A stretch of DNA of 43,672 nt from Welwitschia mirabilis (taxonomy: Eukaryota). A model generated the notes under the pieces. That model saw only the letters and a program-made list of their open reading frames with translations, searched no databases and was not told the DNA's origin. Where the stretch lies: positions 40,462,399 through 40,506,070 of the forward strand of contig JBOZIK010000001.1 in assembly GCA_051453625.1 (NCBI GenBank), in the 5' to 3' direction. The position numbers and the translations under genes are program-made. Within the stretch, counting starts at the first letter, position 1, and each line of letters begins with the position of its first letter. This document shows positions 11,864-23,198 of the stretch, one piece after another.

Positions 11864-12849
11864 TGTAGAATCAAAATAACCCTAAAGGAGGGTGAATAAG
11901 TTTTCTTCTTAAACCCTTCAAATACTTAAGATTTATGTGCCAAATCAAAATTTGCAGATTAAATAAAGCATGTGAAAATAAAAACTATGAGCAAAACTAG
12001 AACTGTACTCAAATGCAAGAGTTATAGTGGTTCGGTGTAAACCCAACTAAATCCACTTTTGGAAGACAGCCAAAGACTAAGGCTATTCTGAGTCTTAGTT
12101 AAGTCCACTTCCCGCTAGGGTTTCAAGGATAACCAATAGCCTTTACAATGTGGACTTTTGCAGGCTAAGTCTCAACCTTCTAGTTTCTTCAAGGGTGAGT
12201 GATGGGACGAAGCCTTAGAGCTTTAGATCACTTAGATGCAAGCATAACAATGAAGCCATATTGCTTAGAGTAGGTACAGAGGTAAGTATAGAGTGTGGTG
12301 ATTGATGTTATAGAGATCAGCTTGCATAGGAGCAAGAGTACAATATGTTTTTTCCAAAAAACTCTTTTTGAGTTCTAACTTTTACCTTTTAAATGGATTT
12401 TCCAAAATAGCTGTTAGACAATAAAAGGGATTCTGACAGAAGCAACAAATGGAAAAGCCAAGATAAGAATTAGAAAACCATTGCAAATTTGATCTATTGT
12501 GTAGGTTTGGTCGACCCAACAAGACATTCGTGGACCCCATTCATGATAGGCTCTAGGGTGAGTACACTCCAATCAATCCCATAATTCATTCGATCGACCC
12601 CACACATCTCAATCTTTGAATTGAGTGTAGTCTAGTTCACCTAATGACGTGTTTGGTTGACTTGACCTAAAGCATCAAGGAAGGGCACTTCGAGGTCTAG
12701 TTGCCTCAAGGTTGATCTAGGTGCCCCAATGTTAAACAACTTGGGGGAAAAAGGAACTAATTCAGGTTAGAGGTTATCCAAGTCTTTGAGTATCCTTGGC
12801 AATGGAGACTTCATTTTCACATATCTGTAGAAACAAATTTCGTTCTACA
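11864..12849 (-). mobile_element. SIRE-like solo LTR (986 bp)
   Basis: Perfect 7-bp terminal inverted repeat TGTAGAA...TTCTACA; flanks AACAT/AGCAT (5-bp TSD, one mismatch). Contains the reverse complements of ccgaaccactataa and tattcaccctcctttaggg, shared with the LTR at ~38990-39145. Confidence 0.7.
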
Positions 12850-12854
12850 AGCAT

Positions 12855-15800
12855 CACATTAGTTTGACATTCACTGGGAAAATAAAATCTAAAATTTTCC
12901 CTCTTTGACATTGATGGCAAATAAACAAAATGATTTTAAAACCAGNNNNNNNNNNNNNNNNNNNNNNNNNNNNNNNNNNNNNNNNNNNNNNNNNNNNNNN
13001 NNNNNNNNNNNNNNNNNNNNNNNNNNNNNNNNNNNNNNNNNNNNNNNNNNNNNNNNNNNNNNNNNNNNNNNNNNNNNNNNNNNNNNNNNNNNNNNNNNNN
13101 NNNNNNNNNNNNNNNNNNNNNNNNNNNNNNNNNNNNNNNNNNNNNNNNNNNNNNNNNNNNNNNNNNNNNNNNNNNNNNNNNNNNNNNNNNNNNNNNNNNN
13201 NNNNNNNNNNNNNNNNNNNNNNNNNNNNNNNNNNNNNNNNNNNNNNNNNNNNNNNNNNNNNNNNNNNNNNNNNNNNNNNNNNNNNNNNNNNNNNNNNNNN
13301 NNNNNNNNNNNNNNNNNNNNNNNNNNNNNNNNNNNNNNNNNNNNNNNNNNNNNNNNNNNNNNNNNNNNNNNNNNNNNNNNNNNNNNNNNNNNNNNNNNNN
13401 NNNNNNNNNNNNNNNNNNNNNNNNNNNNNNNNNNNNNNNNNNNNNNNNNNNNNNNNNNNNNNNNNNNNNNNNNNNNNNNNNNNNNNNNNNNNNNNNNNNN
13501 NNNNNNNNNNNNNNNNNNNNNNNNNNNNNNNNNNNNNNNNNNNNNNNNNNNNNNNNNNNNNNNNNNNNNNNNNNNNNNNNNNNNNNNNNNNNNNNNNNNN
13601 NNNNNNNNNNNNNNNNNNNNNNNNNNNNNNNNNNNNNNNNNNNNNNNNNNNNNNNNNNNNNNNNNNNNNNNNNNNAAACCAGAAAAATTTCATTTTTAAG
13701 ATTCCCCCTTTCACAAAGCTATATATACAACACTAAGTAAAGTAAAGGTGCATTCCATTCATAAAATATGAAGTTACAATGGAAGTTCATCCCAGGAAAC
13801 AAAAGTTTGACAACTTTATGACTGATTTAAAAGCTGGCTTGCCTTGTTTTAAAACAAAGTATTTTGACTGCTATTATACTAATAAACTCAACAATTTACA
13901 TTCACAACATCATTTATACTGATAAACTAAACAAATTACAAAACCAAACATCACATATCTTAGCCAAGAAACTTCACCACATGTCTTTGTGAGCACTATG
14001 TTTTTCTTCCCCTTGTGACATCATTGACAAGGAAGAGAGAGAAAGAAATCTAATTCTCAGATTCAGATGAACCCTCTTCTTCGGAAGAACTTTGCACATG
14101 TGAGGGATCAACTTGTGCTTCTTTGAAGTGTCTTACTACTGAAGTGCCTAAAGCAACAAAACCCTCTTTAATGTGAAAAGTTCGGGAATCCACTTTCTTA
14201 AGGAGAGAGAACATTTCACCTTGAGGAGAAAGTTTGACAGGGAGGGTTTTTATGGATCTGGAAGAAGCTTCAAAAATGTGTATGTGGGAAAGTGTAGCAT
14301 ATGCAATTGGAGCCACAGGGGTAAGAGTGTCAAGTTTGGGATGAAAAGTGACTTCATATATTTGCAAATGTTGCAATCAAAATAGAGTGGAGCAAACATT
14401 TAGACTTGTGATATTCTAACAGGGAAACCATATTTTTCAACATAAGAAAAGGTACATCTATAGGGTTCCATTCACCAATAAGATGAAGTCAATACACCTG
14501 ACAGTTGGAAGTCTTAGATCTATAGAGTTCATGCACAAGCTAGAGCAAGAAATTATAAGTTAAAATCAAATGAAGGAAACAGTATGTGGGAGGGAGAGAG
14601 GAACTAGGGAGGGTCTTTTTCCATTTGAGATTTCTGCCACACAGAATCTTGGTAGCTTTCTCCTTCTTGTCCATGGTGTCTACCAGAGGCCAAAATTCGC
14701 CAAAGTTTCCTCTTGGAATCTTTGTTAGGGCAAGGATGAGATCTAGAGTGACTTGCATTCTTTTACCCAAAACTGAGGTTGAGTTCTCTACATTGAAAGA
14801 AGCGTTCACATAGAACATCTTAGTAAGGAGAGGGTAAGCTGGACCTGAAACATTCATAAAGTATGTAAGCCCTAGCTCCTCCAGTAGGTTGATGACCTCT
14901 TGAAGTTGTCTGACCTTGTGTGGCTCCACCTCTCTCTTGGCACACTGGCTTCTTCTCAAGCTGCTTAGAGAACTTGTCTTTGTCCTCTTCAGATACTGCT
15001 TCAAAGAAGTAGGAGGTAAGCTTGCTTCATAGAGCCTCCTGCCGTTTCCCAAATGAGGGATCCTTTGCCATTTTCCAATTGAGAAGAAGAAGACAAACAA
15101 GAGAGGTAGAAGAGGAAAAGTCAATCATGTTGATAGAAAGAATGGTGAAAAAGGGGAGGACACATGTTTAAATACATGCGACAATTGGAAGTCTTAGATC
15201 AATAGAGTTCCATGCACTAGCTAGAGGAAGAAGTTACAAGTCAAAGTCAAATGAAGGAAACGGTATGTGGGAGGGAGTGAGGAAGTAGGGAGGGTCTTTT
15301 TCCATTTGAGACTTTTGCCACACAGAATCTTGGTAACTTTCTCCTTTGTGTCCATGGTGTCTACAAGAGGCCAAAATTCACCAAAGTTTCCTCTTAGAAT
15401 GTTTGCTAGGGCAAAGATGAGATCTAGAGTGACTTGCATTCTTTTACCCAAAACTAGGGTTGACAGAGTTGAGTTCTCTACATTGAAAGAAGCATTCGCA
15501 TAGAACATCCTAGTAAGGAGAGGGTAAGCTGGACCTGAAACATTCATAAAGTATGTAAGCCTTAGCTCCTCCAGTNNNNNNNNNNNNNNNNNNNNNNNNN
15601 NNNNNNNNNNNNNNNNNNNNNNNNNNNNNNNNNNNNNNNNNNNNNNNNNNNNNNNNNNNNNNNNNNNNNNNNNNNNNNNNNNNNNNNNNNNNNNNNNNNN
15701 NNNNNNNNNNNNNNNNNNNNNNNNNNNNNNNNNNNNNNNNNNNNNNNNNNNNNNNNNNNNNNNNNNNNNNNNNNNNNNNNNNNNNNNNNNNNNNNNNNNN

Positions 15801-16560
15801 NNNNNNNNNNNNNNNNNNNNNNNNNNNNNNNNNNNNNNNNNNNNNNNNNNNNNNNNNNNNNNNNNNNNNNNNNNNNNNNNNNNNNNNNNNNNNNNNNNNN
15901 NNNNNNNNNNNNNNNNNNNNNNNNNNNNNNNNNNNNNNNNNNNNNNNNNNNNNNNNNNNNNNNNNNNNNNNNNNNNNNNNNNNNNNNNNNNNNNNNNNNN
16001 NNNNNNNNNNNNNNNNNNNNNNNNNNNNNNNNNNNNNNNNNNNNNNNNNNNNNNNNNNNNNNNNNNNNNNNNNNNNNNNNNNNNNNNNNNNNNNNNNNNN
16101 NNNNNNNNNNNNNNNNNNNNNNNNNNNNNNNNNNNNNNNNNNNNNNNNNNNNNNNNNNNNNNNNNNNNNNNNNNNNNNNNNNNNNNNNNNNNNNNNNNNN
16201 NNNNNNNNNNNNNNNNNNNTGGACCTGAAACATTCATAAAGTATGTAAGCCCTAGCTCCTCCAGTAGGTTGATGACCTCTTGAAGTTGTGGATTCTTCTC
16301 AAACTACTTAGAGAACTTGTCTTTCTCCTCTTCAGATACCCCTCCAAAGAAGTAGGAGGTGAGCTTGCTTCATGGAGCCTCCTGCTTTTTCCCAAATGAG
16401 GGATCCTTTGCCCTTTTCCAATTGGGAAGAAGAAGACAGACAAGAGAGGTAGAAGAGGAAAAGTCAGACATGTTGATAGAAAGAATGGTGAAAAAGGGGA
16501 GGACACATGTTTAAATACACATGGAGTAGCTTCCTAAGAAGATACCTAAATTAGTCAATT
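12855..16560 (-). mobile_element. 3' internal region of a SIRE-like Copia element: env-like/accessory ORF remnant and repeated polypurine-tract motifs
   Basis: Minus ORFs 14540-15124 and 15221-15575 contain LGLTYFMNVSGPAYPLLT(K/R)MFY(V/A)NASF, resembling the YPxLVREFYAN motif of retroelement accessory ORFs. Minus-strand PPT-like motifs (tgtcacaaggggaag ~14006-14020, gtcaaagagggaaaa ~12895-12909, aaagggggaat ~13701-13711) lie downstream. Confidence 0.6.
14499..16520. repeat. 690-bp tandem repeat, three units (partly in a gap)
   Basis: Anchor ggacctgaaacattcataaagtatgtaagc starts at 14841, 15531 and 16221, an exact 690-bp spacing. Units differ by substitutions and small indels. Confidence 0.85.
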
Positions 16561-18469
16561 TTTAAGATTCTTGGGCCTTACGTTATGACCACGCATGCAA
16601 AGGGAACATGTGCTAACCAACCAAGGGTAAAGAAATGTCTAGGGAAGGAATTTGGTAGATTGCTTTTGTAGTTCGTACTTGATGTCATGATAAAGTTAAG
16701 TTTTCTATGGCAAGCGGAGTTTACAATCCAGGTACATGGTGATGCAACATGATGAGAGGATTTCCATTTGAATATTTTTCTGATTCATGAATGGAAAACC
16801 CAATAAGGAGCACAAAAAGACAACGTGGAATCATGGAATTCATGAGTGAATAAAAGGAGAATCGTCAATAAGTGTATCAAAGAAGAATCATTCCAAACAA
16901 AAAAAAACAATTAAAAAAGAAAAAAAAGAGAAAAGAGAGAAGAAAAGAAAAGAAAAGAAAATAAAAAAGAAAAGAAAATTGCATCCGAAGATCAACATAA
17001 TGGTAGAAAGGGATGGGAAAAATGTCAGCCTTGAGCTATTCCTTTCATTAGAGACTAGAAAACCTATGAGTAGGTTAGTCAATGCCTTAGTTTATTGCTA
17101 TAGTTAAATGACTCCAATGGTATTTGATGATTTATTCATAAATAACTTTTACGTGGTGTCATCTATTGACAATATCTTATAATGTGTGTATATGATTTAG
17201 TAAGTTATTTTTAACTAGTGGCCACAAGTTTCTCATGGGTGATAATTTTATTATAATTTCTCTTGCCTAGCACAGTCCCATCCAATGACGGTCTTGTATG
17301 TGCTTGATTGTTGCTTTGGTATTCTTCTTGACATCTTAATGAAAACCTTTGATTGTTCCTATATTTTAATGATAATGTGCTCTTTGCAATTCCAGGGATT
17401 AGGCATGCTACATTGATGGGGACTTAAATGTAGATCACATGTTTTGGTGAGGAATCACTTATCAGAAGTTGGTCATCAATTTTGTCTTTGCCTTTCATCA
17501 CCTAGGGCATTATCACAAGATGTGATCTGTTGGATCTCTTGATTTCATGTTTGTGTTTGACATTGTCTCTTTCAATTATTGAGTATGCTAATTAATCATT
17601 TGCATGCTTATAACATTGTAGTTAAAAGTTGGTTTTATTTGTTTTAAAATTTTGTTTGATTGTTAACCAACTTGCATAGATTCATTATTACATTACATCT
17701 TTTGCATCATTATTTTTATAGTATTCACTTATGGTTCTTTTTCTTTTTCAACCTGCATTAACATCAATCATAATATATACCAATCGCTGGAATTTTCTTG
17801 TTTTCTTCATTGCTACACTTTTTTCCATGTCATAATCCATGTTTCTGTTTAGTGATGGGGGAAGTATATTCCACAAAAAAAAGTCAAAAAAGAAAAGTTA
17901 TGAATTTCATTTTGCTAAAGCAATTTTTCCCTTTCTTTTTTGCATATTTGACATGTATCAACATCGTTAGGGGAAGGTCTTAAAATTTAATGTTCTAATG
18001 TTGTTGAGAATTTTTGTAGGGTTAGATCTTTATTAAGAGCTTAACAATTTTTGGAAAGCTTACTATTATGGATGCAAGTAACAATAGTCATGGAACAATC
18101 CAACATTTTAATGGTTTGGCTTATTTTTCTTCTACGTAGAGATCATCAATGCAATCTACGTTTCGGGAATGACGCCATGTACCATGGTACACGATCATTG
18201 TATGGTACACAAGTAGGATATAACTATCAAAAGTAATTCTATGCACTTTATGGAACTTGTCTAAGTTAATGTGGATTTTCAAATTTTTTAAATCATGAGC
18301 TAGTTTTGCATAGAACCCATGCCAAATGAATTATCACATATATTTAACATATAAATATATCAAAGTAGGTGACCATATGTAGTTTTTGGAAAAACAATGC
18401 CATATACCTAGAGATACTTGTTCATGTAAATTCCTTTGTAAACGTAGGAAAGTGATAATTTCCACTTTT

Positions 18470-21400
18470 TAGGGTAAGGTATCTCCAACTTGTTTTGGAG
18501 GGTTATTGAAAATTAGGTACCCTAGTTGAAAACCTCATGCTATAGAGTAATTAGGGCATAGGGTAAAGCGAAAGAATTTAGACTTAGTTGCGACCCCCCA
18601 TGGGAAGATAGCAAACTAAAGGGGGAAAATTAATTGAGAGAAAGACAAGGGAAAAGGGAAGGGAGGACTACCTGATAAGGTGGTTTCCTTTAGGTTGGTC
18701 CAACGTATCCTAGGAAGGAGGTTGGAGCAAATCTCTAATGTTGGTAGCAATGAGTAAAATGTCGGCAAATTAAAATGTTGGCGGACTAAAAAAGTCGTGT
18801 CTGGGAGACATGTTGCCATTGTGTCGACAATATATCAGAGCAAAATGTCGATAATTGTTTTTCTCAAAAAAATGCAAAGCTTATTAAGTTTATGATATTG
18901 TAATCAATCAATGCTCTACTAGCAGAAATGGGTTTTTCATGGGAAAATCATGATTTTTTATTTCCCTGTTTCTCAGTGTTCATTGGTCTGTTGCGCAAAA
19001 CATGGTTTTTCACGCCTAAAAAAAGGTTTTAATAGGTACCTACACGCGACCTTTTGAACAAGTTGGCAATATGTCAACGACATTTTGTAAAAAGTCGGCA
19101 TTGGCAACATGTCACTGACTTTTTCAAAATGTTGGCCGAAAATGACAGCTGACTTCGAGACTTTTTGAACATTGTCACCCTATTTTACTCATTGGTTGGT
19201 AGGTAGAGGTTCCACCATTGGATCTCCTCCCCAAGCTATAGGAGATAGACTCTTCCACCAAAAGAAGAATGGTGCACTTGAAGGTGGACTTTTTTGATTA
19301 CAACTAAGAATTATCATCTCTCTCCTACGAGGAAGAAGGGGTACGTACCATAGGGTGCTCCGGTGCTCCCCAACCTTGATCCTAATGTGCTTACTTAGTA
19401 AATTTTATAGCCTAGGAAAGAGCAAAACTTTCTTAACTATAAAGATGAAAACTTAGTTGAAGAATAATTGCTATGTCTCCCATGAAGGGAGAAAGGTAGT
19501 TAAATATGCCTCCTTCTTGGCTTTTGTCCACCAAGTACCGATTAAGGAACTGAAAGAAGAGGAGGAGATGACAAAAGAAGACCTCTTCTTAAATGGAGAG
19601 AGTCGAGAAGTGGGGCTCGAAAAAAGGAGCAATACAAAGGGGAGTCTACTAAAACCTTGCAAATAGAGTTTGGGTGGGGGGTGGAGTCTTTAAACTTTCT
19701 ATAGATGGAATAGGACATGGCACCTTTCATCGCAATGAGATATTAAAGAACATAAAACTACATGACTGAAGACAGGAAGGAAATTGCTGCTAATAGTGAG
19801 AGTTGATGCTATCGCGTGGGAGATGGAATGGAGGTGACCCCTTCCTAATGCGAGAATCAACAGAATCCCCCCAGTAGGACAAGAGAGATGAAGGAAATTA
19901 GGAAGGAGTAACTAATGAGATGGCCTACCGAATGTAGTGAGTAGAGGTGGTAAAGAGAAAGAGATTAACAACAACACTTTCTAATTGCAGGGAACTAGTA
20001 ATAGTATAGAAAGAAAGGGAAAGAGACTAGGTAATCATGGAGGTGAAGTATTCAAAGTAACAACCATAAATGGCCTTTATGCTGACTACAGATGATTGTA
20101 GCAGATGCATAGTTGGAGGTTGGAAGCAAGACACATGGAGTGCTTAGCTGATCCCTTACGTTACTAGAGGAGGTTCTCCTTCTAGAATAGTAGCCACTCC
20201 ACTAGGCTTTAGGCTGGTACTCACCTTGTGGTGTAATGTTGCAGGTAGGCTTACTCGACTATAGTCCACCCCAAGGATTTGATGCAACCTTGAGTTTCCT
20301 CTAGACCTAGTGGAAGAGGAGGAATGAATGCCTATCCAAGGGCCATACTATGCATTGTGGGGCCTGTATGTAGGCATTGGGAGGACCTGAGGAGATGAAA
20401 GGGGAAGGGAACTAGAAGGGAGAAGCTTATGTGGGTAGGAAAGGTGACGATACTTCTCCGTAGAGCCGGCAAGAGAAGGAAAGTGAACCATGCAACTCCA
20501 AGAGTATGAGAAGACCAGTATTGTAGGGAGATTGACTACAAAAGCTAAAGGAGAGGGGGGACTGAGAGCAGCGGAGGATTGAGAACAACCGTTTAGGTTG
20601 GAGAGGGCTCTTTGTTTTATGCCATGGGCATGGAAGAGAGAGAGGGGCCTAGGATCAAATGCCTTGGGCATGGAAGACTTGGGGTCAAAGAGGGGAGAGA
20701 GAGAAGGAGAGGGAAGGGGTAGAGACAAAACGTGAAGGAAAGAGGAAAGGCAAAAAGAAGAGTAAGAAAGAGAAAGAAAATGGAGGGATGGTATGCTTTT
20801 TAGGATAGAGAAGGATCTTAAGCCTTTGAAGGAGGCTCCACCAAGAAAAGAGAAGAGGCACCCTTGATCCTTTAGGCTAATGGTATGTCATTGGAGAGGT
20901 TCTAGAGAAGAGATCTGTCTTGAGATGGTCATGTCTGGTGCCAAAAGGGATGTTGAAGGGTTTTGGAGGACAAAAGGACATGGAAGAAGGAAGGGAGATG
21001 TTGGGAAGAGGGATAAAGAGAAAAATAAAAGATAAAGAAGAGAGAAAGTCATGAGAAGATGAGCTTCTACAAGTAGAGATATGATCCTCAGCCTTAGGAA
21101 AGGTTCTTAATATAGGACAACGGAGGAGGAGAGGGGAACTTGGCTTTCTCAGATGATGACCTACCATTGGAAAACCCTAAAGGAGGTATTCAACAAGAAG
21201 GAGACCTTATTTGATGTCAAGAAGTGTTTTAAGGGGTTCTACAAAGAAGAGTCAGAATGAGAAGGCAAGGGGAAGACCGCTTCCACGCACAAGGCATGGA
21301 AGATAGGTGAAGGGAGAAAGGAACGGAGTGAGGAAAGAAGACAAAAAGAAAAAATTGGGAGAGGTAAAGAGATTAGGGATCTTTTGGAGGTTGGGCAAGG

Positions 21401-21780
21401 AGGATAAAGGTGAGTTGAGAGGGGCCGTGTAATTTGGAGGTTTGCACATAGGTAAAGGTTTCAACCTAAGAAATAAAAGTATCCAACCCAAGAGCTAGGA
21501 AGATAAGGGAGCAAGAAAGGGTCCCAAAACTACTAAAGATGCTAAGAGAGACTTTTGGGAAGGAAAACGAGGGATCTACTCTATGCTTAGGAATGGAAAA
21601 CACCCTTGGAAGCCACCTCCTAACATGTGGGGAACGCTGAGGAGAAGGTAGGAAAGTGTGAGAAAGATGGAGGAGAAATAAAGGAGAAAGAGTGAAAGGA
21701 AAGGCCATGGCTAGGGAGTTAGGAAACGAGCTTCAACAAAAGAAGTAGGGTCTTCTAAATGATGAGGTTAAGGTTGGGTA
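18470..21780 (-). mobile_element. Second degenerate L1-type LINE relic (ORF1 tail and ORF2 endonuclease), interrupted by a MITE
   Basis: Minus-strand motifs in endonuclease order: TGGILLI (~19870, cf. SGGILxxW) then FMGDIAIIL (~19480, cf. GDFNxIL). Collinear with 1-3150. Strong purine bias on + at 20300-21780. Confidence 0.55.
18748..19194. mobile_element. hAT-type MITE (447 bp)
   Basis: Perfect 13-bp TIR CAATGAGTAAAAT / ATTTTACTCATTG; perfect 8-bp TSD GTTGGTAG at 18740-18747 and 19195-19202; internal ATGTCGG-like subterminal repeats. Confidence 0.93.
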
Positions 21781-22289
21781 GTGACAATATTATTTATATA
21801 TTAAATATTCTCATTGACATGGTCTTACATTGTACTATGATGTCTTAATATATTGACTCAGTTTGTCCTATTATATTGAGTGGAATTGTAATGTCTGCTA
21901 CATTAACATATTACACAAATGTAAGGCTTTATGTTGTAAGAAAGGGACTTTGAATTTTAGATTTTAGTTTTACATTTCATAGTTTACTTTTTACCTTCCT
22001 TTGGCATATGTTGTACACTAATAGAGTAGTGTTGAGTGCGACTTGCAACATTTGGATGGCCTAGATGAGCTCATGCTATTTTGATTCATAAAATGCAATT
22101 TTCTCATAATGTGTCCTTTTACAAAGGATTTGTAGGGAAAATTTGAGGTGCTATCAACTTACTGATTATGGAGCCTTAATGTTACTAGCCTGAAGGCCTA
22201 TTAGCAACATAAAAACAAGGAGAAATAATGAACCTTGTTTCTTCAATACCTTCTCTTTGGAATTTAGAAGGACAAAAACATTAGTTGTT

Positions 22290-23098
22290 TTAAGGACAAA
22301 AGCAAGGACGCTTCCAGTTCTGCTCCACCTTCGGATAGTGAAGCTGACATTGCTATGTTAATGTAGGGAGGAGACGCTAATGTCTTTGCGTACTTGGTTT
22401 TACAGGTTTGGATGATTGATATCGGTGCCTCATTTCATGTTTGCCCAAGTAAAGCATTCTTTTCTTTTTATGAATCTATCGCAGATGGGTCATCTGTTTG
22501 GTTGGTAGGTGATTGCAAATATGAGATCAAAGGCAAAAGAACAATTGTCCTCATGAGGTAGAATGGCTAGACCATCACTTTGACCAATGTTAGACATGTT
22601 CCAGGTTTGACAAAGAATCTAATCTCAGCTACTTAGCTCAGTGATAGTGGTTTTAGAACCACGTTTGATAGCAGTTCTTGGAAAATCAACAAAGGAGCAT
22701 TAGTGATTCCTCGTGGGAGCAGAGAAGGTACCATGTATGTTTTATGTTGTGGCCAATGGGGAAGTTGCAACAGGTACTTGGCATGGCATAAGCGTCTTGG
22801 GCATCTGAGGAAAAGAGGTCTATAGGTACTTATTTCTAAAGGTTTATTGCCTAAAGTTTCTCTCTCTTCTGATTACTGTTCAGATTGTATGATTGGTAAA
22901 AGTAGGAGAGTGAACTTTAGAAGAAACAGTAAGCATTTAAAACAACATAGATTAGAATTAATTCATTTTGATTTAGTTGATCCCATTGGACACACCTCTT
23001 TAGGAGGTGCTGTATGTTTCATTACTTGTGTTGACGATTTTTCTAGAAAGCTATGGCTGTACCCTTTAAAGCCAAAAGATGAAGCTTTTCAAACATTT
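22290..23098 (+). mobile_element. Ty1/Copia pol fragment (protease, GAG-pre-integrase, integrase core N-half), Tnt1/Tork-like, pseudogenised
   Basis: WMIDIGASFHVCPSK (22409), LTNVRHVPGLTKNLIS, WHKRLGH, CSDCMIGK, LELIHFDL...FITCVDDFSRKLWLYPLKPKDEAFQTF; internal stops; truncated by a 100-N gap. Confidence 0.9.
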
Positions 23099-23198
23099 NN
23101 NNNNNNNNNNNNNNNNNNNNNNNNNNNNNNNNNNNNNNNNNNNNNNNNNNNNNNNNNNNNNNNNNNNNNNNNNNNNNNNNNNNNNNNNNNNNNNNNNN

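Noticed and set aside
16890..16980. Phe/Ser-rich minus ORF suggesting a membrane peptide
   Set aside because: It is an A-rich (GAAAA)n low-complexity tract.
17100..18050. Possible decayed + strand Copia RNase H end and PPT-like motifs (gatgggggaag, taggggaagg)
   Set aside because: Too degraded to set boundaries or confirm motifs by eye.
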